Shown here: positions 62,364 to 64,000 of the stretch, in pieces | Position numbering within the stretch: position 1 is the stretch's first letter | Layout: each line of letters starts with the position of its first letter | Source of the DNA: an uncultured Actinomycetota bacterium | GTDB taxonomy: Bacteria; Actinomycetota; Thermoleophilia; RBG-16-64-13 | NCBI GenBank assembly: GCA_963783835.1 | Contig: CAWAOX010000015.1 | Coordinates: 324,667-388,666 of the forward strand | Length of the DNA stretch: 64,000 bases | Direction of reading: 5' to 3' | Notes under the pieces: generated by a model | Database searches by the model: none | Told to the model about the DNA's origin: nothing | What the model saw: the letters and a program-made list of their open reading frames with translations, nothing else | Translations under genes and position numbers: made by a program

Positions 62364-63371
62364 ATGCAGGAAGCGGACGCGTCAGCGCGATTGAAAGCGC
62401 CGGCGGAGGTGGAGCAAGCGATTGCCGCCTTCCTGCGGGGGCTGATCGCCGCTGACTACAGCATGCGCACCATCAAGGCCTCGGCGGCAGATCTCCGGCA
62501 GTTCGCATCCTTTCTCGGCGAGCGTGGTATCGAGCGTCCAAGCGCCATCACCCGCGCCGACATAAGCGATTTCGCGGCGGCTCTTGCCGACCCGGGAAGC
62601 GGCGGAGCGCGTCCCTTGCCGTCTTCGCATCCCGGGCAGCCATCCGAGCGCGGGGGGCAGGCACGGAGACCCTACGCGCGCAGCACCATCGCCCGCAAGC
62701 TCTCGGTCGCCAGGAGCTTCCTGGGGTTCTGCGAGGAAAACGGCCTGCTGGAGGCCAGCCCGGGGGCTGGAGTAGGCTCACCCCGCGTCCCTCGGCGCCT
62801 TCCTCAGGTGCTGACCCCGGTCCAGATGGCTGATCTGCTCGATGTGATGGGTACCGACAAACCCCTTGAAGTGCGGGATAGAGCGCTGTTCGAGTTGATA
62901 TACTCGAGCGGGTTGCGGTGCCAGGAAGTGCTGGACCTGCGGCTGCGGGACATCAATCCGGGGTCGCGGGAGGTTCGAGTCAAGGGCAAGGGCCGGAAGG
63001 TTCGGGTGATACCGGTAGGGGAGATCGCGCTGGACGCGTTGGAACGCTATCTACGCGAGGGGCGCTCCCTTCTGGTCAAGGAGGCCGCCCAAGACGATCA
63101 CGTCTTTTTGAGCCGTACGGGACGTCCACTCTCATCGTCCGACGTCCAACGGCGGCTGGCTCGCTATCTCGCCCGGGCAGGGGCCCCGATGGGGACCTCT
63201 CCGCACACCCTGCGCCATTCGTTTGCGACCCACCTGCTCGAGGGTGGCGCGGACCTTCGGGTCATTCAGGAGATGTTGGGCCATTCCTCACTGCGTACAA
63301 CACAGGTATACACTCACGTCTCGGCGGCCCACCTTCGCCGGGCGTATCGCAAAGCGCATCCCCGCGCGTAG
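62364..63371 (+). CDS. xerC: tyrosine recombinase XerC/XerD
   Basis: 335 aa. C-terminal catalytic box HTLRHSFATHLLEGGADLRVIQEMLGHSSLRTTQVYTH with the terminal Tyr. The N-terminal core-binding domain is interrupted by an approximately 35-aa Pro/Gly/Ser-rich insertion. Confidence 0.9.
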   Translation: MQEADASARLKAPAEVEQAIAAFLRGLIAADYSMRTIKASAADLRQFASFLGERGIERPSAITRADISDFAAALADPGSGGARPLPSSHPGQPSERGGQARRPYARSTIARKLSVARSFLGFCEENGLLEASPGAGVGSPRVPRRLPQVLTPVQMADLLDVMGTDKPLEVRDRALFELIYSSGLRCQEVLDLRLRDINPGSREVRVKGKGRKVRVIPVGEIALDALERYLREGRSLLVKEAAQDDHVFLSRTGRPLSSSDVQRRLARYLARAGAPMGTSPHTLRHSFATHLLEGGADLRVIQEMLGHSSLRTTQVYTHVSAAHLRRAYRKAHPRA

Positions 63372-63383
63372 AGAGCGGTACTG

Positions 63384-64000
63384 ATGATCGTCGATCCCAC
63401 AAAACAGCACGACATCGCGGAGTACTGGCGCCTCTTCAAGGAGCAGGGCGATCAGCGGGCGCGGGACCAGCTGATCCTGGCCTACTCGCCTCTGGTCAAG
63501 TACGTGGCCGGCCGCATGAGCAGCGGGTTGCCGGCGCACATCGAAGAGGCAGACCTCGTCTCCTATGGGCTCCTGGGGCTCATCGGGGCTCTGGAGCGGT
63601 TCGACCTTTCCCGGGCCATCAAGTTCGAGACGTACGCCATCTCGAGGATCAAGGGCTCCATCATCGACGAGTTGCGCGCGCTCGACTGGGTGCCGCGATC
63701 GGTGCGGAGCTGGGCTCGCAAAGTGGAGGCGAGCATCACCAGGCTGGAGAACCAGTTGACCCGCGCCCCCACGGACGAGGAGATTGCCGCCGAGCTGGGA
63801 GTGGGCGTCGACGAGTTCCACGAGATTCTGAACCAGATCAGTTGCGCCTCAGTGGTCGCCCTGGACGAGTTCTGGGATGCGCCCGGTCAGGGGCAGGACA
63901 AGATCAACCTGATCGATACGATCGAGGATACGGACGCTCCCGACCCTTCCCGGGCTTATCGGAAGCAGGCGGTCAAGGAGATACTCGCGGCGGCTATCCA
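63384..64000 (+). CDS. FliA/WhiG (sigma-28) family RNA polymerase sigma factor, 3' end outside window
   Basis: Region 2 GLLGLIGALERFDLSRAIKFETYAISRIKGSIIDELR and region 3 are present. The ORF runs off the window end. Confidence 0.8.
   Translation, partial: MIVDPTKQHDIAEYWRLFKEQGDQRARDQLILAYSPLVKYVAGRMSSGLPAHIEEADLVSYGLLGLIGALERFDLSRAIKFETYAISRIKGSIIDELRALDWVPRSVRSWARKVEASITRLENQLTRAPTDEEIAAELGVGVDEFHEILNQISCASVVALDEFWDAPGQGQDKINLIDTIEDTDAPDPSRAYRKQAVKEILAAAI

Overview
The window is high-GC (about 68-70%) and almost entirely coding on the + strand. Three genes read the other way: an MFS transporter (27773-29110), a sigA-like principal sigma factor (44501-45589) and an HhH-GPD glycosylase (58304-59158). 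I found no tRNA/rRNA genes, CRISPR arrays, transposases or integrase-type mobile elements.

Layout:
- 1-1592: the end of a pyrimidine-biosynthesis operon (pyrC 3' end, carA).
- About 1.6-36.5 kb: an accessory-looking block. It holds a Bcp peroxiredoxin with an in-frame TGA at the catalytic Cys codon, a photolyase, an APC permease, a saccharopine-dehydrogenase-like gene and a class III aminotransferase. Next comes a putative N-heterocycle or lactam catabolic cluster (nitroreductase, flavin reductase, lipoprotein, ATP-dependent hydantoinase/oxoprolinase HyuA/HyuB, RidA, MBL-fold hydrolase, three-subunit molybdenum hydroxylase, isochorismatase-family amidohydrolase). It continues with gluconeogenic genes (class II FBA, GTP-PEPCK, aminotransferase), a FakA/YloV-like Dak2 protein, carbamate kinase, an M48 peptidase, an EamA transporter, an Fmt-like formyltransferase, GNAT and YdeI proteins.
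- 36.6-41.8 kb: the rest of the pyr operon (carB-pyrK-pyrD).
- 41.9-64 kb: a conserved housekeeping array. Gene order is mihF-gmk-rpoZ-coaBC, sigA (-), plsX-acpP-rnc-smc-ftsY-ffh-rpsP-KH-rimM-trmD-lepB-rplS-lepB-rnhB, HhH-GPD (-), yraN-comM-dprA-xerC, then a partial FliA/WhiG-type sigma factor.

Four conserved genes (bcp C-terminus, saccharopine DH, a toroid-repeat protein, rimM) show apparent single-base frameshifts, each at a G/C-rich run. That pattern suggests assembly indel errors rather than true pseudogenes, but I cannot tell from sequence alone.

The most interesting candidates are (i) a possible selenocysteine Bcp peroxiredoxin with a SECIS-like hairpin, and (ii) a Rut-like/hydantoinase/Mo-hydroxylase catabolic cluster sitting between carA and carB inside a split pyr operon.
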